Shown here: piece after piece, positions 32,201 to 43,200 of the stretch
How the letters are laid out: every line of letters starts with the position of its first letter
Position numbering within the stretch: position 1 is the stretch's first letter
Made by a program: the position numbers and the translations under genes
From: a virus
IMG/VR virus record: IMGVR_UViG_3300005264_000830
Location: 32,001-96,000 of that record
DNA length: 64,000 bases
Direction: 5' to 3' (one strand)
Notes under the pieces: model-generated
What the model was told of the DNA's origin: nothing
Databases searched by the model: none
What the model saw: only the letters and a program-made list of their open reading frames with translations

Positions 32201-35200
32201 CTTTGAATCTTATTGAGATATTAAATACTGCTGGTGCTAATAATTGGGTAAAAGTACTTCTTCCACTTTCTGATTTCAACACTGTGGGGGCTGATCCGGA
32301 TCCAGCAAGTTGGAGACGTGTTCGTTTTTATACTAAATTGAAGAGTCAAGCTATGGACGTTTATTATAGGAATCCAAAAATTGGCTTTATAGTTCCTATG
32401 CAAGGCCAATTAAATATTATGTATGATCAATCTTTAGCATTAGCTAATAATGATTTTACTATAGATTTTTGGTTTAAAAGGTCAATTACAGATGTAGATT
32501 ATGAATGGCGCATTAGTGAAATAACAGGGGATAATTTTACTGGAAGTACTGGAGAAGTAGACCCAGATTTATGGACTATATCAAAATCTGTTTCAGCTTC
32601 AGCAGAAATTTATAATAATAAAGCAAGGGTCACTATCCCTGTCAGTAGTGCTGATGAGTCAGTTACGTTACAATTTAAGTATAGTTTACATGGAGACTTT
32701 GATATTCAAGTTGATTATGATGAGATTTTCGAAGATTTGCCCTCATCTTCTATATCATATCCTGCACAATTACAAGTTTATTATGGGGATAGTCGTGCAC
32801 AGATTGGAACTACATGGACTTCTTCTTTAAGAAGGATGCTAGTTACTAGTACTCCTACAAATCCTTTTATTCAAATTTCTACTCATTATCCAACAGGCAA
32901 ACTAAGAATTACTAGAGTAGGTTCAACACTTAAAGGTTATTATTGGACTGGTTCTCAATGGGAATGGAACGGAAACGTTTCAGGATACCAATTTCCTGAT
33001 ACAGGTACGGAGCCTGTGTCGGTTTGTATAACATCTTCAGCGGATTTTAATGGAGGTTGCACAATAGATTGGGACAATTTTAAAGTAAATTCAGGTGATC
33101 TGGCCTATCAAGTTCCTATAGGCACAGCTGGAATTTTGGGGCAGGTTTCCTCTCATCCCACAACATCTGCTTTTTCTTTCATGTTTTCTTCTACAAATAA
33201 TTTAGTAGCGTCACTGCACGTTCTTGGGGGAGTATTTGTTTTTTCTTCTATACTTCCTGTGCTCGACTCTGATTGGCATCATGTGGCATTAAATAGAAAT
33301 CAAACTAGCGTATCTTTTTATTTAGATGGTCTGGCACAAGATGGAAGAAATATTGGGAAAGATACTATAATAAATATATCTACAGAAGATATTGTAATTG
33401 GAACTGTAGATTCTAATAATTTTTGTGGGACAATATCAGAATTTCGTATGTTAATAGGAGAAAGTGATTTAAAGTCGGGGTTCGTTCCTCCAATTGTTGA
33501 ATATAGTATAGATACTACTTTAGGTGATAAGACCAACGCTAGATGGGTTAAGATAGATCTTTTGTGTGGTGATGGGAATGATAGAGCTTTACAATATGTG
33601 GGAATTTACCCAGATATAAGGTATCCATTTATACTTTCTGGAGGAAATAATTGTGAATGGATTTCACTAGGCAATAGGTTGTCAGATTATGAAAATATTA
33701 GTAGAAATTTAGCCATAAATGCAAGTATTATCGGAGACGATTATATCAAAGAGAATTTTGAAAACGATTTGTCAGATGAGTGGTCAAATTTAATTAATAC
33801 TACTAGTAATATTAATGTCTCACATACAGACTTTGGTGGTACTCATCCAGACTCATTCTGGGCTAGTTATTATAATAATTTTAATACTTCAGGTTCATTT
33901 ATAAAACATGAAAACAATAAGCTTAAAGTGTATTTTTCAGATACTGAAAACAATGACTGCGGGTTTAATACCCCATCTTTTATATCAACAGATTGTACTT
34001 GTGAAGTTCGTTTTAAACTTTCACATACTTCTAGAGTAGCTAGATTTTGGGTAGGATTAAGGGTCTATGCTGAGAATGGTGATTGGCTTGATGTAAGATT
34101 ACATATTTATGCAGGAATACAGTGGAGAGTAGACTATGGTAACGTAGGAGGAGGCTCTAGTTATTATTCCTATGGGAGTTTTGCTGGTGAATTGATAGGA
34201 TTGAAACTTAAAAGGGTTAATTCAACAATATATTCCTATTATTTAGACGATAACGGCTGGCATCAAGTACCTACTACAAGAACAGTAGATCATTTTTCAG
34301 CACAAGAAATTTATTTCATGTTGTGGTTAAGTAAGGAGCAAGCGTATCCAGAAATTGAAGTTGAAGTAGATTATATAAGAGTAACAGAAGTTATCGATGA
34401 GACTATTACTACTATTTGGGATACCACTGTGTCTGGTTTTGAAGGTAATGCTTTAAGTTATCATACTCCAGAGTTTATGCTAGATGAGGGTCCTATTTTT
34501 AGTCCTGAAATATTGTCAGCCGGCACACAAATACAATTTTTTGAGTATTATTACTATAATACTGGTGTTGGAGGAGCAGGGTTTTCTATAGAAGATAATG
34601 AGGGTAATGAAATAATAGGAGTCGCTACTACATCTCCAGGTTGGGCAATTAGTAGTGCAAATATTGGGTGGGAGAATGTTAATAGTGCTCCAGTTAGTGG
34701 AAACTCAGGCTGGTACAGGGTAAAACTTACATTTGATTGGCAAAATGGGCTTTGTGATATTGACTGGGAGGATATATCAGGCGGGTATACTAATACTTAT
34801 TCTAAGGAATTGAAGTATAATACCAATGTAAAAAGTTTTCATATAAGATCTACATTTGGTAATGCATGGGGGCTTGATTTTATAAATGTTATATTTGATA
34901 AAATAACAATTATGCCATTATTGACTCATTTACTAGATTTTGAAAGATCAAATTGTATATCAGGAAATATTGAAGCCACTGGATTAGAGAGTTCTTGGGG
35001 CTGGCCTTCTTCAGAAAAATCTCCTACATTACTTCTAGATTTAGGAGAAATTTATTCTGTAGATAATTTTAAAATATACCATAGACCTGAACCAAGTGAT
35101 TTTAGTTCTTACATGAATTATAACTACACAATCTCCAGCGCAACATCTATTTCAGGAACATTTGAAACTTTATTTAATATTACTGGGCATAGTGAATCAG

Positions 35201-37515
35201 AGTGGTCCCCATATCAAACCAGTTATGTTTTAGATGAGCCAAAAGATATGCGTATTGTACGGTTAGTTATAACTAGTTATAAAGTGCCTGATAATATACC
35301 AGTTATACGAAAATATAATAGAGATGGTACTTCTGAATTGATAAAGGTAGATGGTGGGTTTTTAAGAGAATTCGAAGTATGGACCAGTGTTGGACAAGAT
35401 CCAGTAAATAGTGAAGATCACCCTATAATTTGTATGGATTTATTAGATCAATTTAATTTAACTAACCATGCATTAGTAGGTCCTCAGGAGGCTAGAAAAG
35501 ATGCCGATCGAGACGCTAAATTATGGTCTAATAATAATGATTTTTTTCAATATGCTGATTCTAATACTTTAGACCCGCACCAAGTCGCCTTTTCAGAAAC
35601 TAACGACTACTCGTATCCTTTCCAGTATGTTGAAGAACTTATGATTGATGATGGATCAAATGGTCCATTTTCATTAGGGTCTACAACTTTTTTACCTAGT
35701 GGAAACTATGTTGTAAAATGGAATGTATTTAATTCTTTAGAGCCTGGAGATATAAGTATAAGTATAATAGGCCATACTATAATTAAAGTTTCTTCAGAGG
35801 GAGTTAGTACTTCTTGGATTCAGCAATCTAGCAATTTTAGATTAGAAACAGCTGGGTATTTTACTGTTCAGTTAGAGGCTAATAGAACAGGTACTGAAAA
35901 TTGGGCAGTTAAAGAAATTTACTTCCAATCATATATGACAACTTCTAGATGGGTGGCTTTACGTAGAAATACTGCAACAAATTTTGAATGGACTCAAGGA
36001 GCACCCTATGATACTTCTTTAGATAATCATGAGGGAGTTGATTATTTGAGTTATTTATCTCTATATTCAGCAGATAAACATCCTCCTACAGAATATAGCC
36101 ATTGGTGGACATCTGTTATTAGTACATTAAGTACTGATTCTTTAAATCTAAAGAAATATAAACGTTCTCTGCGAATTGATTACCCAGATTCTTATACGGA
36201 AGATAACATTAGATTTTTAGAGGGAGACTGTTTTGGCTTAGATAGTTCATTTTCTATTAAAGATGCTTTACATGTATGGTTCTTTATAAATGATGTGAAT
36301 AAATTAGATTTGGATTATGGAGGAATTGCTTTTGGAGTGTTTACTAGCTATGTTAAACCAAATTTACTTTGGGAAACCACCCATAATTCTGCTTCTTATT
36401 TTGCTCTTCCAGGAGAATTAGAAAAAAAACATGCAGGGTATGTAGATCATAGTGCAACTTCTCCAGGCGTTTATATGTGGTGGTTCAAAGATATGGATTT
36501 AAAAAGCGGATGGAATCAGTTGAAATTACGTTTTGATAAATACAACTCAGTGATTCCATTACCAGAAGAGAATACTGGAAAATTAAGTTCAGCTTTAAAT
36601 TTTAGGAATCATTTAATGTCTTCATTCGGCATTGTATGTAGAGGTAAAGGAGAAGCTTTTTATATGTTACTAGATGATCTGAGGATCGAACGCAATTATT
36701 ATTATGATGAGGTAATGTATGGTAATAAAGGGCTATGTTTAACTTGGGAGGATTATGCTGAAATACCGTTAAGTGGGATAGACACTATGAAAGGTACCAT
36801 CTCTATGTGGTTGAAACTATATTCTAGTACTGCCGGTATAGACCATTTTAATGATTTGGCATCACGAACTCTATTTACTTTAATTGACACAGGGAATACT
36901 AGTATATCTCTAAGTATACGATCCGGAAGTTGGTTTGAAATAGGGGTTGGTAATACTAAATCAGGGTATGTACCATTACACATTGATACAACTAAGGTAG
37001 CTGTAGGGGAGGCTGCCTTTAACATAGATGAAAAAGTACACTTAGCTTTAACTTGGAGTAAAGACTCTTCTGGGTTCGATAATAAAGACACAATACGATT
37101 ATATGTTAATGGAGAATTATATTTTAGAAGCAGCATATCTTGGGAACAAGGAGATAGTAAAAATGTATTACTAAGATTGGGGGGAGGAAATACATATTTA
37201 GCTAATAATGATGATACTGATGGTAGTGCCATCTTTAGTGACGTAAAATTTTATAATTATTGTAAAACCGAGTTCAATATTAATGAATTATCTCCAGAGA
37301 AAGAATTAAGTACAGTAGTTCCAAATGATCTTGTACAATTATCGATGAATAATGAAACCTTCTATAGTAGTAGAGACCAAGAATTACCTTTTGAGTTTAA
37401 AGAAGTAAATCCAGGAGAAATAATTCCTGTTTATGTGAGAGTAGATAAGAGTAATATGGATAAATTAGATAAAGTAACAGGATCAATAACTGTAGAATGG
37501 AAGGTACCTGTTTAA
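26215..37515 (+). CDS. Giant multidomain virion/adhesin protein with LamG/ConA-like and discoidin-like domains
   Basis: 3766 aa; DFTIDFWFK..WHHVAL..FYLDG, GTISMWLK..HLALTW..LYVNG, G[DN]FDI[QE][VI]DY domains, LLLDLGEIYSV. Confidence 0.7.
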   Translation: MNTFNLLKDAYSIKNTTTCRYDSLNGYTSLFEVNGDVDGWDIYSSVCLYGVWNSVLFGTTTEKSCFIGRTNPFVRIQAEKYYMLKLTMKITLPDDIKKHEVPTKGKVMWQTVADPTWYDGASKEFDLVLADQWHTYIINMGEAKDWIGYINNLRIFPIIDGFSGINFIIKSIVIDSLSDFVCNNTQCSFYTQYSHPCEGVGTRASITSAPTSQFFTTISGVSDKLIVNIDGYGNEQVALGNNINITGHEMAKVIVDRISRVSYGQYAYAEVVFQEEQKKLTIFSGAQSLDSNITISGTAATVLGFVDDLGNNISTYSSGKIAATGFDFGSSRRLKGFELNALVDSDDDKIAYYHDPNQYSVEAGRRDFFESMDSGHIANADHVEYYKTIDGAQKLIIDASHPVNDSGRLSVIWVNGDYIEYRNKNSTTTSTFIPKVFILRPDKYNNLTIIHEVVIDLEDIDLRYTVDHVTYKVECDLLVNKGDLVGFYNLNVLVPCSSKNGNPNAVYFQVMGGLTGPLTTKFDMGPPMAQGVVGISFYARSNRIQDSIQLDIDIGKRTNIEYLSVYGRENSDSFEYNIASCLDVSWTCDCHNNTHWHRASTSICLTVGVVAYFEHRNKYYGIECLSDCIRTPDGGKEGDSYVIATIGGPPTSLPNSFSHIYNSDPDTYSGIETAGGHAYFYVNGDAEWLNGGCKNSPNNQLFEQAEFKGPWVATSTFSYEMDPISFYLIFPENMELSVYRSIMYFKESQNFKRYSLSYFMGETGPQGNAEEKHFNYVPKYNSITLDGLKLTKENVTSGDDLTQVYDKTLFSNPTPWAYPEYVNGKCINWDIFQTVMATEMNILQHDFDAIKCRGFKIHTTWHKSTKLTELELYSSVPVRPTLLDNVRIQASVYGELWNELSFLEDEINSEKINSRVAGSPRYFKLQLQSQDIFELKEISAVISKQPLKSLGCQDVVSAINAPRGKTTEAQKIEIENTRDINLDLSVTIPTQLFKQNYLLSWIKFDSEATSINGEVGPGALIKKADDFPLLLDEGQVAINTPAYYLKNLIDNKHAYFFTNEHSWTDFGVLEHGVDVECTNVPNGKVTTVGFAPISSKYWKLNTHSPISYSIYNLTPFFNSNTTITPVSPNEIFNLYSEGSYLNSDLWHQQQVIENGKLVISAQGGYSYQRSKFFIDGNFDIEIDYDYKTFPGSTINYFNAPLIKILSANDTGKQVEFNRHINHRYRLQYRTSDGTWTIVETRSTSINGGKMRLVRIGDTFTASFKNSTSYYEVASYTYTGFGNKVYVDLAAYSGGSTNPLVEVYFYYFSLFSGLCYIGDLDSEFLVVTPLIPHKVYIQAPPGQSSGVYEAAFNSSTNDLAPVTLIDDSFSSSDWYTNWEYNLGTTDSNNTFLEKDGELHPFIGPWETIYIEKQFPPGIISFDLEVHFRLDFPNTMEYAIELLNSSDEVVLQMILTGYGNNTAKLNIESPVPLDQEILREIGSVNYNDLIFKDGTFTKETSKYTEGFKFIVKKNYNTLNTIKLQNTSGSTNYYNSTNRGGFVDRVSKLKISYTNLSSDSIFDQKMNFSTNYVGLTLLPKFSDKESIVLEFLDSQPVDAIKIVQPVGDITHMSVAISNFNDNDFIMWARNFIKSSNLTIPHYKIYANCGYYQQYALYSRPWYIFDSDSTLFTGANETTVHTIYDFGEGNHRVLSAMRYQIYYSNPSYTEYTTMQIYGSNEYKAGYDTTASYFSTVRFDFSVATLLSEFTVQYNYDSYMYGREEIFNNNNAYRYYIINFPAIDDENHTIKIRFMQLYEYLPRIFNGLIITNENYINSLAIDLEQIHNLEFLRNYGPIGSPGLLDLLNENYLHYSSTETSNINDVVWKSNIPTLLLHFNKYEDEVTATREISTAGAVSLYSGGGVFAGQAVFGNLNLTTLTPHMTAGHGTAYNYAIANRVFNPVNVPSLTLENKDSAFLEIELKVSVINNIDWGQVEITSNSSSYNTNEWCYPFNSNGDDPLNLIEILNTAGANNWVKVLLPLSDFNTVGADPDPASWRRVRFYTKLKSQAMDVYYRNPKIGFIVPMQGQLNIMYDQSLALANNDFTIDFWFKRSITDVDYEWRISEITGDNFTGSTGEVDPDLWTISKSVSASAEIYNNKARVTIPVSSADESVTLQFKYSLHGDFDIQVDYDEIFEDLPSSSISYPAQLQVYYGDSRAQIGTTWTSSLRRMLVTSTPTNPFIQISTHYPTGKLRITRVGSTLKGYYWTGSQWEWNGNVSGYQFPDTGTEPVSVCITSSADFNGGCTIDWDNFKVNSGDLAYQVPIGTAGILGQVSSHPTTSAFSFMFSSTNNLVASLHVLGGVFVFSSILPVLDSDWHHVALNRNQTSVSFYLDGLAQDGRNIGKDTIINISTEDIVIGTVDSNNFCGTISEFRMLIGESDLKSGFVPPIVEYSIDTTLGDKTNARWVKIDLLCGDGNDRALQYVGIYPDIRYPFILSGGNNCEWISLGNRLSDYENISRNLAINASIIGDDYIKENFENDLSDEWSNLINTTSNINVSHTDFGGTHPDSFWASYYNNFNTSGSFIKHENNKLKVYFSDTENNDCGFNTPSFISTDCTCEVRFKLSHTSRVARFWVGLRVYAENGDWLDVRLHIYAGIQWRVDYGNVGGGSSYYSYGSFAGELIGLKLKRVNSTIYSYYLDDNGWHQVPTTRTVDHFSAQEIYFMLWLSKEQAYPEIEVEVDYIRVTEVIDETITTIWDTTVSGFEGNALSYHTPEFMLDEGPIFSPEILSAGTQIQFFEYYYYNTGVGGAGFSIEDNEGNEIIGVATTSPGWAISSANIGWENVNSAPVSGNSGWYRVKLTFDWQNGLCDIDWEDISGGYTNTYSKELKYNTNVKSFHIRSTFGNAWGLDFINVIFDKITIMPLLTHLLDFERSNCISGNIEATGLESSWGWPSSEKSPTLLLDLGEIYSVDNFKIYHRPEPSDFSSYMNYNYTISSATSISGTFETLFNITGHSESEWSPYQTSYVLDEPKDMRIVRLVITSYKVPDNIPVIRKYNRDGTSELIKVDGGFLREFEVWTSVGQDPVNSEDHPIICMDLLDQFNLTNHALVGPQEARKDADRDAKLWSNNNDFFQYADSNTLDPHQVAFSETNDYSYPFQYVEELMIDDGSNGPFSLGSTTFLPSGNYVVKWNVFNSLEPGDISISIIGHTIIKVSSEGVSTSWIQQSSNFRLETAGYFTVQLEANRTGTENWAVKEIYFQSYMTTSRWVALRRNTATNFEWTQGAPYDTSLDNHEGVDYLSYLSLYSADKHPPTEYSHWWTSVISTLSTDSLNLKKYKRSLRIDYPDSYTEDNIRFLEGDCFGLDSSFSIKDALHVWFFINDVNKLDLDYGGIAFGVFTSYVKPNLLWETTHNSASYFALPGELEKKHAGYVDHSATSPGVYMWWFKDMDLKSGWNQLKLRFDKYNSVIPLPEENTGKLSSALNFRNHLMSSFGIVCRGKGEAFYMLLDDLRIERNYYYDEVMYGNKGLCLTWEDYAEIPLSGIDTMKGTISMWLKLYSSTAGIDHFNDLASRTLFTLIDTGNTSISLSIRSGSWFEIGVGNTKSGYVPLHIDTTKVAVGEAAFNIDEKVHLALTWSKDSSGFDNKDTIRLYVNGELYFRSSISWEQGDSKNVLLRLGGGNTYLANNDDTDGSAIFSDVKFYNYCKTEFNINELSPEKELSTVVPNDLVQLSMNNETFYSSRDQELPFEFKEVNPGEIIPVYVRVDKSNMDKLDKVTGSITVEWKVPV

Positions 37516-37524
37516 GGAGAATAA

Positions 37525-40209
37525 ATGGCTCAATATAATTTAATAGACATTGGAACAATAGGTAGTAGTACTGTATCTGGCACCGGGAATAAAGCCCTAT
37601 CTGTAGATGAATTACGGTTATTGTATGATAATAATACTACTACGTCTGGTATAGTTTTAGGACCATCTGATGTATTATACCTGGATATTGATATTGGTTA
37701 TAGAATAAAAATGGACGACATTAAATTATTTATATCTGTTTCAGGAGATAGAGAGGTTGCTCTTACTAATGTAGATTTTTATTATAAAAATGATGAATTA
37801 GATTCGTTTACACTGTGTGCTAAGGAACAAGATAGCACTACTTTTTACCCAATAGATACTCCAGATCTATTTGCTCCTAGATATTTTAGAGTGGTAATTA
37901 ATAATATTCAGGCAGATATCTATGAACTACAGTTAATGAATGATGATACCCAAGTATCTTTTGGCACAAGTGGGAATGATACTTTAGTTTTAGTGGATCA
38001 ATTAAATGGGGGTTATACTTCGCTAGGTATATTTAATAATAGTGATATTGATACCGATCCAGTAACAGCTTATGTAATAGTAGATTACCAGAGGAACGCC
38101 TCTGATTTTTATATAAAATTGGCTAGCTCTTTTGATGGGGAGTACTATGGTTTAAATGATGGTTTAATTCTTCAAGATAATGATTTAACTTCAATTGTAA
38201 GATGGAATAATGGTATATTTAATAACACAATGGTATACCCTGAAAATGAGAGTATTATTACTACCAACTATGAAATAGGGTATTATACTACTCCAATATT
38301 TTCTATAGGGGACGTATTTGAAGCTACTTTTTTATTGTCTGATGTAACTACTATAAGTGGGTCTTCCATAACTTGGGATGAAGCTGCTCCTAGTGGCACA
38401 ATAAAAGTTAGAAGCAGTAATACTTCTCCATTATCGTTTACTAAGTTATTTTGGCTGCATAAACGAAGCGATAATCGGATAGTGATACTTGAAGGAGATA
38501 TGACAACTGGCAATAAAATTGATACAAAAAAAGACTGTTTCGATGGGTCAACTCGTTACACCCCAAAGCGTGTCATATTTGATCGAGAGAGGGCTCATTA
38601 TATTGTTTTATGTAAATATCAGTATAGTAGTACTTTGGAATGGAGATTACGAAAGTATGATTATAATACTGGAACAAATTTGTATAGTTCCACTAGTTCT
38701 ACATTTAATGATATAAGTACAAATATGGATGTTGATAAGCAAGGTAATGTGTGGGGAAGTGCTACTGGTAATAGATATTCTTTAGTGTGTTTTAACTATA
38801 CTCTTGCCACTAGAACAACAATAAGGACAGAGGATTTAGCTTTTGTAACCGATTTATCTGCAAATAAAATCAGCTCTAGTTGTTGGTATACTGATAATGA
38901 AAAAAGTCAAGTATCTCATGTAGCTTCTGATGGTTCAGTTATGACTTCATTTAGTATGGCAAGCCCTACTTATATATGTTCAATATTAGATGGAGGTTGT
39001 TTTGTTGTGAACGCATCAGAAGCCGTTATAGTTAGATTTGATATTAATGGAGATCAGCTAAGTTATTTTCATTTTGATGCAGAAAAAACAATTAATGCTA
39101 TTAGTTATGGCTTTAATAGTGCTAACGTTTTATTTAATATTGAAAGACTATGGTTAATTATTAACGCTTCATATGTAGTTCAATTGGATTTTTCAGGAAG
39201 AGAAATAACTGAGACTATAGTACCATCTCCTACTGGAATTGAAGCCTTTCCAGGGGGATGTTTAGTGTATTCTTCTTATAATCATATAACTTATCAATTA
39301 GATACCAATGGGGAGATAGTAAGAATATGGAATTTTAGTTCGTATCCTACTAAGGGTGGTATGCCTTTTCCAGTTATAATTGATTATAACGAGTTTTTAA
39401 CTATGGAAGAGATTGGTAATATTTTACCTGTTTCACACGATCCGTATTGGGGCACAGATTTAAATTGGGTAGAAGTTGTAAGATCTGGGTATAAGTTACC
39501 TCATAAGAAGTACCACCAAGCTATGTTTAAAATTTTTCCTCAAATGTGTAAATTACCTCTAATTAATCCAGACGCAGAGACTGGAGATATTACAGGGTGG
39601 GATAAGAATTACTCTCGCTATGGGGATGATGATTTTAAAGCAGTAACCTCACCAATATGGGAAGGACAATATGTTTTTTCTATGATCCCTTTATCGACTA
39701 TTTTTAATTACTACGTTTATCAAAAGATAGATATACAGTCAATAGATATAGATTATGAAGAACAAGAACGAGAGAAACTTGAATTTTATTTTAGATATGT
39801 TATGAAGGCGAGTAATACATACCAAAATTATTTAATTATAAAAGTAGTGCAACAAAATCAAGGTTATGATGATATTAAGACTACTACTTCTGCTGAACAT
39901 AGTCATACAAATTGGCAAACACATTATTTAAAAGATACTATATTATCAGAAACTAAGTATATTGAAATTAGGTTAGGTGGAAATCATTATTATAACAATA
40001 ATTTTATTTATTTGGATGCAATGGAGATATATATATTTCGTTCTCCTACTTTAAATAGAGTAGTTATTCCAAAACCTATAAAAATTACAGAGTTACGACC
40101 ACAAGAATATAAAAATATCTATATAAAAACAGAATTTCCAGAAGAAGCTGCTTATACAGAATATGAAACAAGATTAAGATGTTGGTGGGGAAATGAGGAG
40201 GAAAATTAA
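37525..40209 (+). CDS. Virion protein with beta-propeller-like region and galactose-binding/FBA-like domain
   Basis: 894 aa; VDKQGNVW, CWYTD propeller-like blades; LINPDAETGDITGW domain. Confidence 0.6.
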   Translation: MAQYNLIDIGTIGSSTVSGTGNKALSVDELRLLYDNNTTTSGIVLGPSDVLYLDIDIGYRIKMDDIKLFISVSGDREVALTNVDFYYKNDELDSFTLCAKEQDSTTFYPIDTPDLFAPRYFRVVINNIQADIYELQLMNDDTQVSFGTSGNDTLVLVDQLNGGYTSLGIFNNSDIDTDPVTAYVIVDYQRNASDFYIKLASSFDGEYYGLNDGLILQDNDLTSIVRWNNGIFNNTMVYPENESIITTNYEIGYYTTPIFSIGDVFEATFLLSDVTTISGSSITWDEAAPSGTIKVRSSNTSPLSFTKLFWLHKRSDNRIVILEGDMTTGNKIDTKKDCFDGSTRYTPKRVIFDRERAHYIVLCKYQYSSTLEWRLRKYDYNTGTNLYSSTSSTFNDISTNMDVDKQGNVWGSATGNRYSLVCFNYTLATRTTIRTEDLAFVTDLSANKISSSCWYTDNEKSQVSHVASDGSVMTSFSMASPTYICSILDGGCFVVNASEAVIVRFDINGDQLSYFHFDAEKTINAISYGFNSANVLFNIERLWLIINASYVVQLDFSGREITETIVPSPTGIEAFPGGCLVYSSYNHITYQLDTNGEIVRIWNFSSYPTKGGMPFPVIIDYNEFLTMEEIGNILPVSHDPYWGTDLNWVEVVRSGYKLPHKKYHQAMFKIFPQMCKLPLINPDAETGDITGWDKNYSRYGDDDFKAVTSPIWEGQYVFSMIPLSTIFNYYVYQKIDIQSIDIDYEEQEREKLEFYFRYVMKASNTYQNYLIIKVVQQNQGYDDIKTTTSAEHSHTNWQTHYLKDTILSETKYIEIRLGGNHYYNNNFIYLDAMEIYIFRSPTLNRVVIPKPIKITELRPQEYKNIYIKTEFPEEAAYTEYETRLRCWWGNEEEN

Positions 40210-43200
40210 TGGAAGCAACTTATATAAGTACTAATTCATTTAGTATTACAGGACAAAAAACAGAAGAATTTTTACCTAATAGAAGATTGAGATTAGATTG
40301 TGGAGTAGACGGTATAAAATATGCCTCCATTATATCTGCGGTATTCACTTCTGTAACTATTGTAGTAATAGATGAAAATATACTTACTTCTAATCTTACT
40401 GACGTACTATATAGTGTAGTTAAAACAGGTACACAAGGTAATTTAGCTGATCATTTTCATTCTAGTACTGAAGGTGATGGTGGGTATATAGCCCCTCCTA
40501 CATTTGAATTTACTGGACTGACAGACACGCCTACTACATACTCCGGCACTGAAGGATTGTATGCTCAATCTACTGGTTCTGGGATTATTTGGACAGAAGT
40601 AACAACTTCTGGCGGAGAAGGAGGTTCGTCTGATGTACAAACCTTCTTAGATTTAACAGATACACCTACGAGTTATCCGGCTGATGGTGATTACATAAGT
40701 ATTTTAGTTGACGGTAGTAATCTTACAGAACCAATATCTAACTATCCATTAACTTTAAAGTTATCTGATTCAGCAGGAACAAATTCAAAAGATCTTACAG
40801 CATTTTTTAACGAACTAACTGTGAGTCCTGATGATGCCTTTATTGGAGAAGATGGTGATTTACCTAATTCTGACTTATGGAATTTAGAATATCTACAAGA
40901 TAATGCTATAATACAAGATAATAGATTAAGAGTAAGTAGTTCTTATAATACTCCAATTCCTTCTATGTATCAAATTTCTGGAGATTTTGATATCCAGATA
41001 GATTTGATCATGATTGTGTTACCTTCCACAGCTGCTTGGACAATGGGATTTTATGTTGAATGGGAAGGTAGTACTACTGATTTAGTTCGAATGTCAAGAC
41101 GTTATGACGTAGCTGTAAATCAATGTTATCAAGCAGATCGAAGAATTTCAGGCACTTGGACATCAATATCAGATGTAGCTACTTCAGACACGAATCTTAG
41201 CTTAAGAATTACTCGGTCAGGCACTACTTTTACGTGCTATTATTGGAATGGTTCATGGGTATCAATGGGAACATACAACGGTGTAGCAGATGATGTTCGT
41301 GTTGTGTTGGATCATGGCCCCTGGAGTACACCACCTGCTATTACCGGAGATTTTGATAATTTTAAGATAAATTCAGGAACAGTTGTTTGGCCTAATGGGT
41401 ATCCTACTAATAAAAGATTTTCAATACAAGATACAAACGGAAATCAATGCTATACTGCTGTAGAAAAATGGGACATAGATAATAAAGAAGTTGTGTTACA
41501 TACTAAAGTCCCCCTAATTTCTACAAATACTACAGAGTACAGATTGTTTTATGACGCATCTATGGAAGATAATATAATATATGTTAGTGATAGTCATGAG
41601 CACTTAGACAAAGGATTTACAGGGGAAACTTTTACATATCCAGACGGCCATATAATGGATAAGCATTCATGGTACACTAACTATGATTTATTTGCAACAG
41701 ATGATCTGAGTAATGTACTTACTAATATACAAGATAATAAATTACAAATTGATATTACTGTTGCTGCAACTTCACGCGGTAATTTAATCACTAAAGGTAA
41801 ATTGTCCGGAGATTTTGATATTCAAATTGATTGGGAAATGGTCGGCAGTGAAGAATTAGCTATGTACTTATGGAAAGATTTAACTAGTCTAGATGATAGA
41901 TGTTATATAGGAATAAATCCTGCTAATGAAGATATACGAACTAGATCTAAAATCGGTACTACCTGGGATACTGAAGTTAATGTTTCTCGTACAAATGACT
42001 TTGGAAGATTTCGAGTTCAACGTGTAGGATCAGCTATGACTTGGCAATATCAAGATGGAGAGCAGAGTTGGCAAACACTTGGTACCAGTACCTGGATTTC
42101 AGATGATTGTCATATAGTTTTATATGGTAAATGTACTAATATTACACTTACTACACTAATATTTGATAATTTGATATTAAACTCAGGGTCTTTAATAGAG
42201 CCAGGGGCATATACAAGAGTCTGGGATGATCATTTTACTGCTGTGTATGATTTAAATCAAGTACCTGTAGTGGATCAAGCAACAATATTAGATGCTACCA
42301 CTAATTTTCAACATGCAATAGCTCGCGGCACTTTGAATTCATCTAATCTTGTAGATAGTTTTTTAACCACAGGAATACAATTTGATATAGACGATGATTC
42401 GATACATATTCCAGATGGGGTGTTTAGTAATTTAAGCCATACTACTGAAATTTTTGCCAAATTTGAAACAGGCTTTGCTGATGGAAACATATTATGTAAA
42501 GGCGGAAGTGGAGAATCTGTACCAACAAACATTTATAGATGGAATTGGAAAACATACGGTTTAGGTTATTATTATGAATATGACAATGGGACTAATAGTA
42601 CTGAGCATGTAACCACCTTACCTATTAATCCTAGAGATTTAGAGTATCATACATTTTCAACTATTCAAGGCACAGACTGTTATAAAGCTGGTATAGATAA
42701 TTATGTAAGTCAATGGGCAACTGGTGTAGGTAACACAGATTCTACCGCCGGGACTGCTTTAGGCCCTTGTTATAATGATAATAATGGTGTACGTACATAT
42801 TCTAATTGGCATGGAGTAGTAGAGTTAGTTAGAATTTCCGATATTATAAGATCAGACTCTTGGGTTAAAGCGACCAACTTAGCCATACGCGATGAATTTG
42901 TGAGTTTTGAATTTGGAACGGTTTCTAAGTATTTAGCACCTTCAAGTACAGCTAATAAATTAGAGTTTAAAGATTTCTCTGTACTAAAAGATACTAATTT
43001 TACTGACTTATTAGACACACCAGAGTCCTATATAAATAATGAAGGAAAGCTATTACAAACAACTACTTCTGGGATTGAATTTGTGCCTAGAAATAAGATA
43101 TTAAGTCAAATCTCTACTGTTACATCTACAGGTACTTTGACTCCAGGAGATTACTACACATTTAGGATAGATGATACTTCGTATAATTATTATATTAGTT